The translations under genes were made by a program, and so were the position numbers. This document shows positions 37,918 through 47,937 of a stretch of 64,000 nt of DNA, one piece after another. Positions within the stretch are counted from its first letter, which is position 1. Every line of letters begins with the position of its first letter. Origin of the DNA: Chloroflexota bacterium (GTDB lineage Bacteria > Chloroflexota > Dehalococcoidia > Lucifugimonadales > UBA3495); NCBI GenBank assembly GCA_028875055.1, contig JAPPGG010000043.1, positions 65,272-129,271 on the forward strand, given 5' to 3'. The notes under the pieces were generated by a model. That model was not told the origin of the DNA. It did no database searches and saw nothing but the letters and a program-made list of their open reading frames with translations.

Positions 37918-39798
37918 TTACTGGGCTGCGCGAAGCAGGTTCCAGTGGCTGGTCTTTGAACCGGCGGTGCCGGGGAAGGTCCAGCTCTCAACCACGTCGG
38001 GGTTGAACATGACCGTCAGGCTGAACCAGAAGAAGGGGATGTCGGCAAAGTTGTAGAACTTGTCGTCGCCCACTTCCAGGAGCAGCTCGTTGATCCGGTC
38101 GTAGTCCGCGGTATCCAGGGCCTGGTAAGCGGCATAATTGCGCTCAATGATGTCGGAGTAGTATCCGGCGCCGCCCACGCCCTGCGCGGAGGACCAGCTG
38201 CGCAGCCGGTTGGTCAGGGACCGCATGGTGATTACGTTGCCCCAACCGCCCTTCTTGATGAAGTCGGTGCGCTCACGGTAGTTCTTGCGGACGGTACCCC
38301 ACTCGCTGTCCAGCAGGGTGACGTCGATGCCGATGGGCTCCCAGTAGTTGATGAGAGCTTCCAGCATTACCGCGGTTTCCGGCTCATCAGCGGAGAAGTA
38401 GTTGTAGGAAGTGAAGGGCATGGGGTTGTCCGGGCTGAAGCCAGCCTGGGCCATAAGCTGCTTTGCCGCTTCCTGGTCGTAGCCATAATACTCTTCCCAG
38501 TCCGCTTCCCACTGTTCGTTCCAGGTACCGAGGACGGGGTGATACTGGGTCAGCAGCATCAGTTCGCCGTCGCCCTTAAGGACGTGGTCCAGCATTTCCT
38601 GCCGGTTGATGGCCTTGTTCATGGCCTGGCGTACCATCTTGCCGGTTTCGGGGCTTGCCCAGGGTACGCTGGGGTCATAGTCATCCTGGTAGGCGCCGTA
38701 GTACTGGCCGCCCAGGAACATGGTCAGGTAGTTGGTGGGCACGCCGGCCGCGGCGGGCTGCATGCCGCGCCTTCCGGCTTCCAGCTGCAGTTCGCGAGAC
38801 AGGGCCGCGACGTGAATCTCGCCGGTGAGCAGGGCCGCCAGGCGAGTCAGGTCCTCGCGGACCCAGCGCAGTTCCACTTCATCGAAGTCGGGATTCTCGC
38901 CGCGCCAGTGGGGCTGGGCGGCCTTCTCGAACCAGATGCTCTGGCCCAGGGTCTTGCCGCCGTACTGGTAGGAACCGGTGCCGGCCGGCTGTTCGTCGAA
39001 GCCCTCGACGCCAACGTCGTCAAACTGCTTCTTGCTGAGCATCATAATTTCGCCGCCGCCAAAGCCGCGGGAAACGATGGAGGGCGTGTCCAGGGCGATG
39101 GACGGGAAGGTCAGTTCCACGGTGTAGTCGTCCAGCGCCTGGTAGGTGGCCCCATTGAAGAATGAGACCGCGGATACCTGCGAATCTTCACCGAGAATCC
39201 GGTCAAAGGACGATACAACGTCCGCAGAGGTGAATTCCCCGTAATCGAAGTGGAAGGGAACTCCCTCTTCCAGGTGGAAGGTCCAGACCCGGCCGTCGGG
39301 AGAGGACTCCCAGGACTTGGCCAGGCGGGGGATGCGCTCGTTGGTCTGGGCGTCCAGGCCAATCAGGGTTTCCGAGTAGGGGTCAAACTGATAGTAGGAA
39401 GGTCGGCCGACGGTCCAGTGCCGGTTGGTTTCCTGCACTTCGCCCAGGGCGTAGATTACGCGTTCGACCTTTGCCTCAACCTCTTCCATCATTGCGGGGA
39501 TGGGGGTCGGGGTGGCGATGACTGTCTTTTCGACGACGGTTTCCTTGGGTACTTCCTTCAGCACCTCAACTTCCTTGACAACCTCGACTTCCCTGACTAC
39601 CTCTCTCTCTACCTCTACGGGTACCTCGACTTCCTTGACAACCTCGACTTCCTTGGGGACCTCTACGGTTACCTCTCTGACAACCTCCTTTTCGATAACC
39701 TCGGGGGCAGCGGAACCGCAGGCCACCACGAAGGCGAGCACACTAATCAAGACACCAGCTAATAGTGCGCGGGGTCCCTTTTTCGACCAAAAACCCAT
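37918..39798 (-). CDS. ABC transporter substrate-binding lipoprotein, family 5 (peptide/nickel type), with Val/Glu-repeat tether
   Basis: Start at ATG 39798 after GGGGAGG. Lipobox LAFVVACGS. (EV.KEV.V)n linker. Family-5 core similar to 40082..41965. Confidence 0.85.
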   Translation of the reverse strand: MGFWSKKGPRALLAGVLISVLAFVVACGSAAPEVIEKEVVREVTVEVPKEVEVVKEVEVPVEVEREVVREVEVVKEVEVLKEVPKETVVEKTVIATPTPIPAMMEEVEAKVERVIYALGEVQETNRHWTVGRPSYYQFDPYSETLIGLDAQTNERIPRLAKSWESSPDGRVWTFHLEEGVPFHFDYGEFTSADVVSSFDRILGEDSQVSAVSFFNGATYQALDDYTVELTFPSIALDTPSIVSRGFGGGEIMMLSKKQFDDVGVEGFDEQPAGTGSYQYGGKTLGQSIWFEKAAQPHWRGENPDFDEVELRWVREDLTRLAALLTGEIHVAALSRELQLEAGRRGMQPAAAGVPTNYLTMFLGGQYYGAYQDDYDPSVPWASPETGKMVRQAMNKAINRQEMLDHVLKGDGELMLLTQYHPVLGTWNEQWEADWEEYYGYDQEAAKQLMAQAGFSPDNPMPFTSYNYFSADEPETAVMLEALINYWEPIGIDVTLLDSEWGTVRKNYRERTDFIKKGGWGNVITMRSLTNRLRSWSSAQGVGGAGYYSDIIERNYAAYQALDTADYDRINELLLEVGDDKFYNFADIPFFWFSLTVMFNPDVVESWTFPGTAGSKTSHWNLLRAAQ

Positions 39799-39988
39799 TA
39801 TAAAGTTACCTCCCCAATTCTTAACTTGGGATACAAGCTTCCGGAAGGCGAAGACGCCTTGTCCTCCCGGAAATCTGCCCGAGTATAGACCCTCGTTTTT
39901 TGGGGTGTCAATTGCACATATTCCGTTATATTTGCGGGTTCTTAAATGCATTGGTGTACAGTTTCACGACATATTGCGATAAATCACA

Positions 39989-40029
39989 CAATAAAAGACG
40001 GCTTACGTGAACAATTCAGTAAGCCGTCT
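39989..40029 (-). terminator. Intrinsic terminator after the upstream binding-protein gene
   Basis: On the minus strand: AGACGGCTTAC, 12-nt loop, GTAAGCCGTCT (11-bp perfect stem), followed by TTTTATT. Confidence 0.75.
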
Positions 40030-40081
40030 GATATCTAAAGCGGTACGGCGATCTGGCAGACCGCCGTTGGCGAGAATATCG

Positions 40082-41965
40082 CTACTGGGTTGCCTTCAAC
40101 AGGTCCCAGTGGCTGGTCTTGGATGAAGCGGTGCCAGGGAAAGTCCAGCTCTCCACCACTTCAGGATTGAACATCACCGTCAGCCGGAACCAGAAGAAGG
40201 GAATATCGGCAAAATTGTAGAACCGGTCGTCGCCGATCTCCCGGATCAACAGGTCTATGGCCTCCCGGTCAACCGTCTCCAGGCCGATGTATTTCAGGTA
40301 GTTCTGGTCCTGGAGGTCGGTCTCGTAACCGCCGCCGTTGCCGGTGGCGGCAAAGCTCCACACCCGCAGACGGGTGGTCAGGGACCGCATGGTGATAACG
40401 TTGCCCCAGCCGCCCTTCTTGATGAAGTCGCCCTTGGCCCGGTACTCCTTGCGCACCGTTCCCCATTCGCTGTCCAGCAGGGTAACGTCAATGCCTACCG
40501 GCTCCCAGTAATTGATCAGGGCTTCCAGCATTACCGCGGTTTCCGGTTCGTCCGCCGAGAAGTAGTTGTAAGACGTGAAGGGCATGGGGTTGTCCTGGCT
40601 GTACCCGGCCTGGGCCATCAGGCTTGTGGCCGCTTCCACGTCGTACCCGTAGAGTTCTTCCCAGTCATCTTCCCACTGGGGATTGTAGCCGTTGCCCAGG
40701 ACGGGGTGGTAGGCGGTGTTGTACATCAACTCACCGTCGCCCTTGAGGACGTGATTCAGCATCTCTTCCCGGTTGATGGCCTTGTTCATGGCCTGCCGGA
40801 TGAGAATGCCCGTGGTGGGGTTGGCCCACGGCACGTTGGCGTCGTAAGCCGGGTCCCCGTCCGAGAAGTACATGCCGCCCAGGAACAGGCTAAGATAGTT
40901 GGTTGGCACGCCGGCGGCCGCTGGCAGCATGCCGCGCCGGCCGGCCTCCAGTTGCAGTTCGCGGGAGAGGGCTGCCACGTGAATTTCACCGGTCAGCAGG
41001 GCGGCCAGGCGGGTAAGGTCCTCGCGAACCCACCGCAGCTCAACCTCCTGGAAGTCGGGATTTTCGCCGCGCCAGTGGGGCCCGGGCGCCTTCTCGAACC
41101 AGATGCCCTGTCCTGCCTCGCGGCCCAGGTACTGGTAAGACCCGGTACCGGCGGGTTTGGCGTCAAAGCCTTCCAGCCCCTCGGTGTCGAACTGGTTCTT
41201 GCTGAGCATCAGCACTTCCCCGCCGCCGAAACCGCGGGATAGAATGGCCGGCGTGTCCAGCGACAACCCGGGGAAAGTATATTTGACGGTGTAGTCGTCG
41301 ATAGCCTCGGCGGTGGCGTCGCCAAAGAAGGAGGCGGCGCTGGACTGGGAGTCCTCGCCTATAGTGCGGTGGTGAGCCGCCACCGCGTCGTGGGCGGTGA
41401 ATTCACCGTATCCAAAGTGGAAGGGCACGCCCTCCACCAGATTGAAGGTCCACTCACGGCCGTCTTCGCTCCACTCCCAGCTCTTGGCCAGTCGCGGAAT
41501 ACGCTCGTTGGTGTTGGCGTCCAGACCTACCAGGGTTTCCCCGTAGGGGTCGAACTGGTAGTAGGAGGGGCGGCTGACGGTCCAGTGCCGGTTGGTTTCC
41601 TGCACCTCGCCCAGGGCGTAGATGACGCGGTCAACCTTGGCTTGCACCGTCTCCATCGCCACCGGTATGGGTGTGGGAGTGGCGATAACGGTCTTTTCAA
41701 CCACCGTTTCCTTGGGGATTTCCTTCAGTACCTCGACCTCCTTGACCACCTCCACTTCCTTCAGAACTTCCCTCTCCACCTCCACGGGGACTTCAACTTG
41801 CCTGACTACTTCAACCTCTTTGGGAACCTCAACCTGAACTTCCTTGATAACCTCCCTCTCCACCACCTCAGGAGCGGCAGTGCCGCAGGCCACCAGGAAA
41901 GTCAGTGCCAGAATCAGGGAACCTATAAGTGCCGACCTGGGTATGTTCCACCAATGGTGCGCCAT
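40082..41965 (-). CDS. ABC transporter substrate-binding lipoprotein, family 5, tandem paralogue
   Basis: Lipobox LTFLVACGT, same VE-repeat tether. Long identical blocks with the downstream paralogue (RWVREDLTRLAALLTGEIHVAALSRELQLEAGRRGM). ATG 41965 after GGGAGG preferred over GTG 41974. Confidence 0.85.
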   Translation of the reverse strand: MAHHWWNIPRSALIGSLILALTFLVACGTAAPEVVEREVIKEVQVEVPKEVEVVRQVEVPVEVEREVLKEVEVVKEVEVLKEIPKETVVEKTVIATPTPIPVAMETVQAKVDRVIYALGEVQETNRHWTVSRPSYYQFDPYGETLVGLDANTNERIPRLAKSWEWSEDGREWTFNLVEGVPFHFGYGEFTAHDAVAAHHRTIGEDSQSSAASFFGDATAEAIDDYTVKYTFPGLSLDTPAILSRGFGGGEVLMLSKNQFDTEGLEGFDAKPAGTGSYQYLGREAGQGIWFEKAPGPHWRGENPDFQEVELRWVREDLTRLAALLTGEIHVAALSRELQLEAGRRGMLPAAAGVPTNYLSLFLGGMYFSDGDPAYDANVPWANPTTGILIRQAMNKAINREEMLNHVLKGDGELMYNTAYHPVLGNGYNPQWEDDWEELYGYDVEAATSLMAQAGYSQDNPMPFTSYNYFSADEPETAVMLEALINYWEPVGIDVTLLDSEWGTVRKEYRAKGDFIKKGGWGNVITMRSLTTRLRVWSFAATGNGGGYETDLQDQNYLKYIGLETVDREAIDLLIREIGDDRFYNFADIPFFWFRLTVMFNPEVVESWTFPGTASSKTSHWDLLKATQ

Positions 41966-42387
41966 GGATGTCACCTCCCAATTTCAGGGCTTCGAGTTCA
42001 GGGTTCCGCCGCTGTGGTCAGGTATGAATCCGCGTTGGGTAGAACGACCCTTTACGAATTTCGGGCAGTATATTTTATGCCTTTGTTAATTGTCAACACG
42101 CCATAGTTTTTTAATTAGTGGCTTGTTTCATTATATTTTAGGCTATTAGTCACGATTTCCTCATATTATTAACTGAATAAAAGCGGATTTTACGTCACCA
42201 TTATATACTCGATTCCCGGTGATATATAGTTGTTACCCTATGCTTATCGTAACTATTTCTGGAGTAATGAGCTTTATCAGTTCAACAGCAATGCATTGCT
42301 GCGACCAGGCAGGTTACGGCGGCCTTTTGGGGAAAAATCGCGTCGAAAGGGCCCTGCCAGCCCTTCGGTGGAGAGGCGTTACGGTGG

Positions 42388-42583
42388 CAGGGCAATTGCA
42401 CTATGGAAACAGGCTACAGGGGGCACAATTCGGTGGGCAGATGTCATGTCGCCCTGAGCGTGCCGAAGGGCCTGAAGTCCTCATCCTCAGCCCGGCTGCG
42501 GGTAGTGAAGGTGGTTCCAGGGATAGATCTTAGATGCTTCGGCTTCGCTCAGCATGACATTCAATTAAAACGCTATTGCCCTG
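42388..42583. repeat. MITE-like repeat, family A, copy 2 (inverted orientation)
   Basis: CAGGGCAATTGCA ... CGCTATTGCCCTG. The interior is the reverse complement of copies 1 and 3. Confidence 0.85.
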
Positions 42584-42760
42584 GTTACGGTCGGCAGTGC
42601 CGAGTATTGACATACCCATATCGGTAGAATATATTGCCTAAACGCCAAGGCCAGGCGGAATTGACAACTCTTGGCCCTGTTGTTGTGCCTTCTTTCGGAT
42701 AGCCAGGCGGGCGTGTCCAGGTAGCAGCCGACCCGTCCTGGGGCCTTCAGGAAAAGCGAT

Positions 42761-43684
42761 ATGCAACGCTTCATATTGGTCCGTATCTTCCACTCGATCA
42801 TCGCCCTGGTGGCGGTGAGCATTATTGTGTTCGGCCTGGGACGCATGTCCGGAGACCCGCTGGACACCCTGCTGGACGTGGATGCCACTGCTGAAGACTA
42901 CGCCAGGGTTCGGGCCTACTGGGGACTGGACAAGCCCCTTCACATCCAGTACCTCACCTACATCGGCAACTTTGCCACCGGCAAGTTCGGCGAATCCATC
43001 CGGTTCGCCGGTCAGGACGCGCGTGAACTGCTGTGGCAGCGGCTTCCCGCAACCCTGGAACTGGCGGCCATCGCCCTGGTGGTCAGCGCGATAATTGCCG
43101 TCCCGCTTGGCGTGATAGTGGCCGTAAAGAAGGATACGGGCATAGATTTTGCCGGCAAAATTGTTGCCCTTTTGGGCCAGTCCCTTCCCAACTTCTGGAT
43201 TGCGCTGATGCTGATGTGGGTGTTTGCCGTCCAGCTTGAGTGGCTGCCCACCTCGGGCCGGGGCACCTGGAAGCACCTGCTGATGCCCGGCATTGCGCTG
43301 GGTTATTTCCAGGTGGCGGCCCTGATGCGGCTGACCCGCTCCTCCATGCTGGAGGTGCTGGACACCGAATACGTAAAACTGGCGCGCATCAAGGGCCTGC
43401 GCGAGAGCACCGTTATCTGGAAGCACTCCCTCCGCAACGCCCTGATCGCCCCCATTACCTATTTTGGCCTGATTCTCGGCGGCGCCATGACCGGCTCGGT
43501 GGTAATCGAGTCCATTTTCTCCTGGCCCGGTGTGGGGCTGCTGGCTATCGACGCGTTGAGAGCCAAGGATTTCTCGGTGGTTCAGTCGGTAGTGATTTTC
43601 TTCGCTGCCATTTACATTGGCGCCAACCTGCTGGTGGATATTGCCTACGCATACCTGGACCCGCGCATACGCTACACCCACTAG
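42761..43684 (+). CDS. ABC transporter permease (DppB/OppB type)
   Basis: 307 aa. N-terminal RF...R........V....F and the typical 6-TM organisation. Confidence 0.85.
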   Translation: MQRFILVRIFHSIIALVAVSIIVFGLGRMSGDPLDTLLDVDATAEDYARVRAYWGLDKPLHIQYLTYIGNFATGKFGESIRFAGQDARELLWQRLPATLELAAIALVVSAIIAVPLGVIVAVKKDTGIDFAGKIVALLGQSLPNFWIALMLMWVFAVQLEWLPTSGRGTWKHLLMPGIALGYFQVAALMRLTRSSMLEVLDTEYVKLARIKGLRESTVIWKHSLRNALIAPITYFGLILGGAMTGSVVIESIFSWPGVGLLAIDALRAKDFSVVQSVVIFFAAIYIGANLLVDIAYAYLDPRIRYTH

Positions 43685-43717
43685 GTGGTCGGCGAAGGCG
43701 GAGGAGAGTTAGATCCT

Positions 43718-44650
43718 ATGGCAAATTTGGCAGTTCGGGGCACCGTTCCCGGCGCAAGGACCGCGGGCAACGTCTGGCGCGCGCTGGGCACGGCCCGGCG
43801 ATACCCGGTTTTCCCGGTGGCCATCCTGCTTTTTGTCCTGGTCCTGCCAGCCATCTTCGCAGGCTGGGTCGCTCCCCACGATCCGGTGGTGGGCAGCCTC
43901 AGCGACCGGCTGGCTCCGCCCTTCTGGGTTGAAGCTGAAGGGGAAGGCATTTATGCCACGCCTGGCGGGTCCACCAAGCATCTCCTGGGTACCGACAAGC
44001 AGGGCCGGGACATTCTCAGCCGCATCGTTTACGGGGCCCGGGTATCGCTGACGGTAGCGGCCATATCCATATTCCTGGCTGGCACCATTGGCACCATCCT
44101 GGGAATGATCGCCGGTTATTTCGGCGGCAACATAGACCACATTGTTATGCGGGCGGTGGACATCTGCCTCTCCATGCCGGCTATTCTCTTCGCCCTGGTC
44201 CTGGCGGTGGTGCTGGGGCCAAGCTTCCAAACGGTTATCATCGTAATTGTGACTATTTTCTGGTCGCGTTACGCCCGCCTGGTGCGGGGCGAAACCCTGA
44301 GCATCAAGGCCCAGGACTTTGTGGCCCGCGCCAAGGTTGCGGGGGCGTCCAACGTGCGGATAATCTTCCGCCACGTCTTCCCCAACATCGTGAACACCAT
44401 CATCGTGCTGGCCACCCTGGAAGTGGGCCAGGTTATATTGCTGGAATCTACCCTCAGCTTCCTGGGCGCCGGTCTGCCCCGGCCCACGCCGGCCTGGGGC
44501 CTGATGGTGGCCGACGGCAGGGAACTGCTGGTGACGTCGTGGTGGCTGACGGTGTGGCCCGGGACCGCAATACTGCTGTCCGTCCTGTCCATGAACCTGC
44601 TGGGCGACTGGCTGCGCGACCGCCTTGACCCCAAGCTGCGCAACGTCTAG
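43718..44650 (+). CDS. ABC transporter permease (DppC/OppC type)
   Basis: HLLGTDKQGRDILSRIVYGARVSL motif. Start at ATG 43718. Confidence 0.85.
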   Translation: MANLAVRGTVPGARTAGNVWRALGTARRYPVFPVAILLFVLVLPAIFAGWVAPHDPVVGSLSDRLAPPFWVEAEGEGIYATPGGSTKHLLGTDKQGRDILSRIVYGARVSLTVAAISIFLAGTIGTILGMIAGYFGGNIDHIVMRAVDICLSMPAILFALVLAVVLGPSFQTVIIVIVTIFWSRYARLVRGETLSIKAQDFVARAKVAGASNVRIIFRHVFPNIVNTIIVLATLEVGQVILLESTLSFLGAGLPRPTPAWGLMVADGRELLVTSWWLTVWPGTAILLSVLSMNLLGDWLRDRLDPKLRNV

Positions 44651-44833
44651 ATCCACAAGGTTCCCGAAAAACCGCCTGCCCCCGCCGCCCGTTGACGGAT
44701 TGCGGGGGCAAGCTTTATTGCCGGGAAAAGGGCGACCACGGATTCTTTCCATCGGCGGCCTCTGATGGGGCAAATCCTGGAGGCTCTTCCCGCCGTACAA
44801 ATGGTAAACCTCTCTTAAGTGGCGGAAATTCAT

Positions 44834-46336
44834 ATGAGCACTGTTACTCGTAAAGTCCACTCCATCTTCACCGCCGCCGCCCTTCTGGCTCTGTTGTGGC
44901 TGGGCGGCGCCGCATGCTTCCCCGGGGCGCCCACGGCCACGCCTGAGGTCGCCGCGCCCGCGGAGCAGGTACGGGAAGCGGCCGCCGTCCCGACAACGCC
45001 ACCCACAGTCGCGCCGCCGCCAAGTCCTCCCACTGCGGTCCCCGCGCCGACACAGGCAGCCCCGGTAGTACCGACCGAAAACCCCCAGCAAATGGCTGAA
45101 GCCACGGCGCCGGTTACGGAACCCGTTACGGAGCCTGCTGAGGCAGAGCCGTCCGCGGCCAGCAAGGCGATATTTGACAACATTGGCGAGCTGGAGGACC
45201 GGGCATTCGGCTACCTCAGCGAGCTGGCGGAGGAACTGGGGCCCCGGACCAGCGGCACGGACCTGGAGCTGGAAGCGGCGGAATTCCTGGAGCATCGACT
45301 TGAGGAACTGGGTTATGAACCCGTGGCGCAGGACTTCTCCTGGGACTCGCCCACGGCCAGCATCAACACCGACGCGCCGGACCATGAGGCGCCGGACACC
45401 AACATACTGAGCGGAACCGCCAGCGGCCAGGCCTCCGCGCCGCTGGTGTTTGTGAGCCTGGCCAAGCCGGAAGACATGCCTCCGGAAGGGCTGCAGGGCA
45501 AAATCGCCCTGATCGAGCGGGGGGAGATTACCTTCGGCAGCAAAGTAGCCCAGGTAGCGGGCGAGGGAGCCGTGGCCGCCGTAATTTTCAACAACGTCTC
45601 AGGACCCTTCCGGGGCACGCTGGGTGGACGCAGCCAGATTCCGGCCATGTCCCTTTCCCGGGCCGACGGGCTGGCGCTGAAGGCTCTGCTGGACCAGGGC
45701 GAGACGGTCGAGGCGACGGTGGCGGTTGAGGACAACGCAGTTCCCTCCCGCAACCTGATAGCGGAAATCCCCGGCAGCGGCGAGGGAGTCATAGTGGTCG
45801 GGGCGCACTACGATACCGTGCCCAACTCCGTGGGGGCGTCGGACAATGCATCCGGCATGGGCGCGCTGCTGGCTGTTGCCGAAGCCGTCGCCGGGCGTTC
45901 CTTCCCCTTCACCCTGCGGTTCATCGCCTTTGGCTCCGAGGAAACCGGCCTGCACGGCAGCGAATACTACGTGGAAAGCCTGCCTGCGTCCGACCTGGAC
46001 GACATTTACCTGATGATTAACCTGGACTCGGTGGGGTCCGGCGCCTACCTGCGTGTTTCCGGAGACCGCTGGGCCGCCAGCCACGTGCTGGAGACGGGCC
46101 AGCGGGAAGACCTATCCATCGCGGGAAGGACGGGCAGCGCGCGGGGGTCCAGCGACCATCTTCCCTTCCGGGAAGCCTGGGTGCCCATCATTTACTTCCA
46201 GGCCGACGACCTTCAACGCATCAACTCGCCGCAGGACACGATGGAGCACATCAACCCCCAACTGCTGGGCGACGTAACGGCCCTGGTGCTGGACCTGCTG
46301 GAGAACGCCGACCAGCTGCCAGGATACGGCGAATAG
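44834..46336 (+). CDS. Secreted M28-family aminopeptidase with PA domain
   Basis: Signal/lipobox-like N-terminus. PA insert GKIALIERGEITFGSKV. Zn ligands GAHYDTV, ASDNASG, FGSEETGLHGS, INLDSVG. Confidence 0.85.
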   Translation: MSTVTRKVHSIFTAAALLALLWLGGAACFPGAPTATPEVAAPAEQVREAAAVPTTPPTVAPPPSPPTAVPAPTQAAPVVPTENPQQMAEATAPVTEPVTEPAEAEPSAASKAIFDNIGELEDRAFGYLSELAEELGPRTSGTDLELEAAEFLEHRLEELGYEPVAQDFSWDSPTASINTDAPDHEAPDTNILSGTASGQASAPLVFVSLAKPEDMPPEGLQGKIALIERGEITFGSKVAQVAGEGAVAAVIFNNVSGPFRGTLGGRSQIPAMSLSRADGLALKALLDQGETVEATVAVEDNAVPSRNLIAEIPGSGEGVIVVGAHYDTVPNSVGASDNASGMGALLAVAEAVAGRSFPFTLRFIAFGSEETGLHGSEYYVESLPASDLDDIYLMINLDSVGSGAYLRVSGDRWAASHVLETGQREDLSIAGRTGSARGSSDHLPFREAWVPIIYFQADDLQRINSPQDTMEHINPQLLGDVTALVLDLLENADQLPGYGE

Positions 46337-46456
46337 ATTCTGATTCCGTCAAGACACGGATGGCATTGGGACCGGAGCAGGTCGGAAACCGGGCCCTGCT
46401 CCTCTGTTTTCCAGCAGCGTAAGCCACCCGCAGCAGTAGAGCGCCTGATCGAGACG

Positions 46457-46653
46457 CAGGGCAATCGCGTTTTAATTGAATGTCATGCTGAGCGAAGCCG
46501 AAGCATCTAAAATCTATCCCTGGAACCACCTTCACTACCCGCAGCCGGGCTGAGGATGAGGACTTCAGGCCCTTCGGCAAGCTCAGGGCGGCATGACTTC
46601 TGCCTACCGAACTGGCGCCCCCTGTAGCCTGAATGCATAACGCGATTGCCCTG
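46457..46653. repeat. MITE-like repeat, family A, copy 3 (197 bp)
   Basis: Perfect 13-bp terminal inverted repeat CAGGGCAATCGCG ... CGCGATTGCCCTG. Confidence 0.88.
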
Positions 46654-46751
46654 GATCGAGACAGGCCGGGAGTCCCGCAACGGGCGGGTTGTGATAGACT
46701 CAACACCGAGCGACGGCACAGCCGACGACCCCAATGTTGAGGAGAGAAACC

Positions 46752-47930
46752 ATGGCCCGCACTCCCGCCACTCGCATCCAGCGAGTGCAGCCGCCGGCCA
46801 CCCTTACCGCCGGAGAAAAAGCCCGTCAACTGGCAGGACAGGGCTACGACGTAATTGACCTGGGCCAGTCCAGCCCCCACCACGTTACCCCGCAGCACAT
46901 CATAGATGCTGGCATCCAGGCCCTGAACCAGGGTCTGACCAACATCAGCTCCTCCCGGGGCCTGCCCGAGTGGCGGCAGGCCATGGCCGAAAAGCTGCGG
47001 ACCCGCAACGGCCGCACGGTGGACCCTGACACGGACATCCTGGTGACCCCCGGCAGCAAGATGGGCCTCTACGACGCCATCAACGCCTACATTGAGCGGG
47101 GCGACGAGGTTCTGGTGCTGGAGCCCACCTGGGTCAGCTTCCGCCAGCAGGTGGAGATGGCGGAAGGGACGCCCGTAGCAGTACCCCTGAGCGAGGAGGA
47201 GGAGTACTACATCAGCTACGAGCAGCTGAAGGAGTACGTCACTCCCCAGACCAGGATGATCATCATCAACAACCCCAACAACCCCACGGGGCGGGTTTAT
47301 ACGCTGGAAGAGCTGGAGGCAGTGGCCCGGGTAGCCCAGGAGCACGACCTGCTGGTGGTCTGCGACGAGACCTACGAGTACTTCACCTACGATTCCAGCA
47401 GCCACCTGACCATCGCCACCCTGGACGGCATGGCTGAGCGGACCCTGACCAGCTACACCTTCACCAAGGCCTACTCCATGGCCGGCTGGCGGCTGGGGTG
47501 CATTGTGGCCCAGTCCGACCTGCTGGAACCGCTGCTGAAAGTCCAGGAACAGACGGCGAGTTTCGTTTCTCCCTTTGTGCAGATGGCCGGGGTGGCAGCG
47601 TTGCAGGGGCCGCAGGGCCACGTGGCCCGGTGGCGCGAGGACTGCAACGAACTGCGCATCAGGAGCGCCGACCGCCTTTACCAGGTCCCTGGCGTTCATT
47701 GCCCCTTGCCCGAAGGGGCCACCTTCCTGTTCCCCCGTTACTCGGCGGACCTGACCTCAGCCGAGCTGGCGGACCTGCTGGTGGAGCGGGAGGGCGTGGT
47801 CGTAACCCCCGGAGCGGGCTTCGGGGAGAGCGGCGAGGGCCATTTCCGCATTGCCCTGATGCGCTCCCCGGCGGAACGGGTGCTGGAAGGCGTTGAACGC
47901 ATCGCCCGCGTCCTCGAAACCCTACAATAA
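46752..47930 (+). CDS. Class I/II pyridoxal-phosphate aminotransferase (aspartate aminotransferase-like)
   Basis: NNPNNPTG, CDETYEYF, FTKAYSMAGWRLG (PLP lysine). Start ATG 46752 after GAGGAGAG. Confidence 0.88.
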   Translation: MARTPATRIQRVQPPATLTAGEKARQLAGQGYDVIDLGQSSPHHVTPQHIIDAGIQALNQGLTNISSSRGLPEWRQAMAEKLRTRNGRTVDPDTDILVTPGSKMGLYDAINAYIERGDEVLVLEPTWVSFRQQVEMAEGTPVAVPLSEEEEYYISYEQLKEYVTPQTRMIIINNPNNPTGRVYTLEELEAVARVAQEHDLLVVCDETYEYFTYDSSSHLTIATLDGMAERTLTSYTFTKAYSMAGWRLGCIVAQSDLLEPLLKVQEQTASFVSPFVQMAGVAALQGPQGHVARWREDCNELRIRSADRLYQVPGVHCPLPEGATFLFPRYSADLTSAELADLLVEREGVVVTPGAGFGESGEGHFRIALMRSPAERVLEGVERIARVLETLQ

Positions 47931-47937
47931 GCTAATC

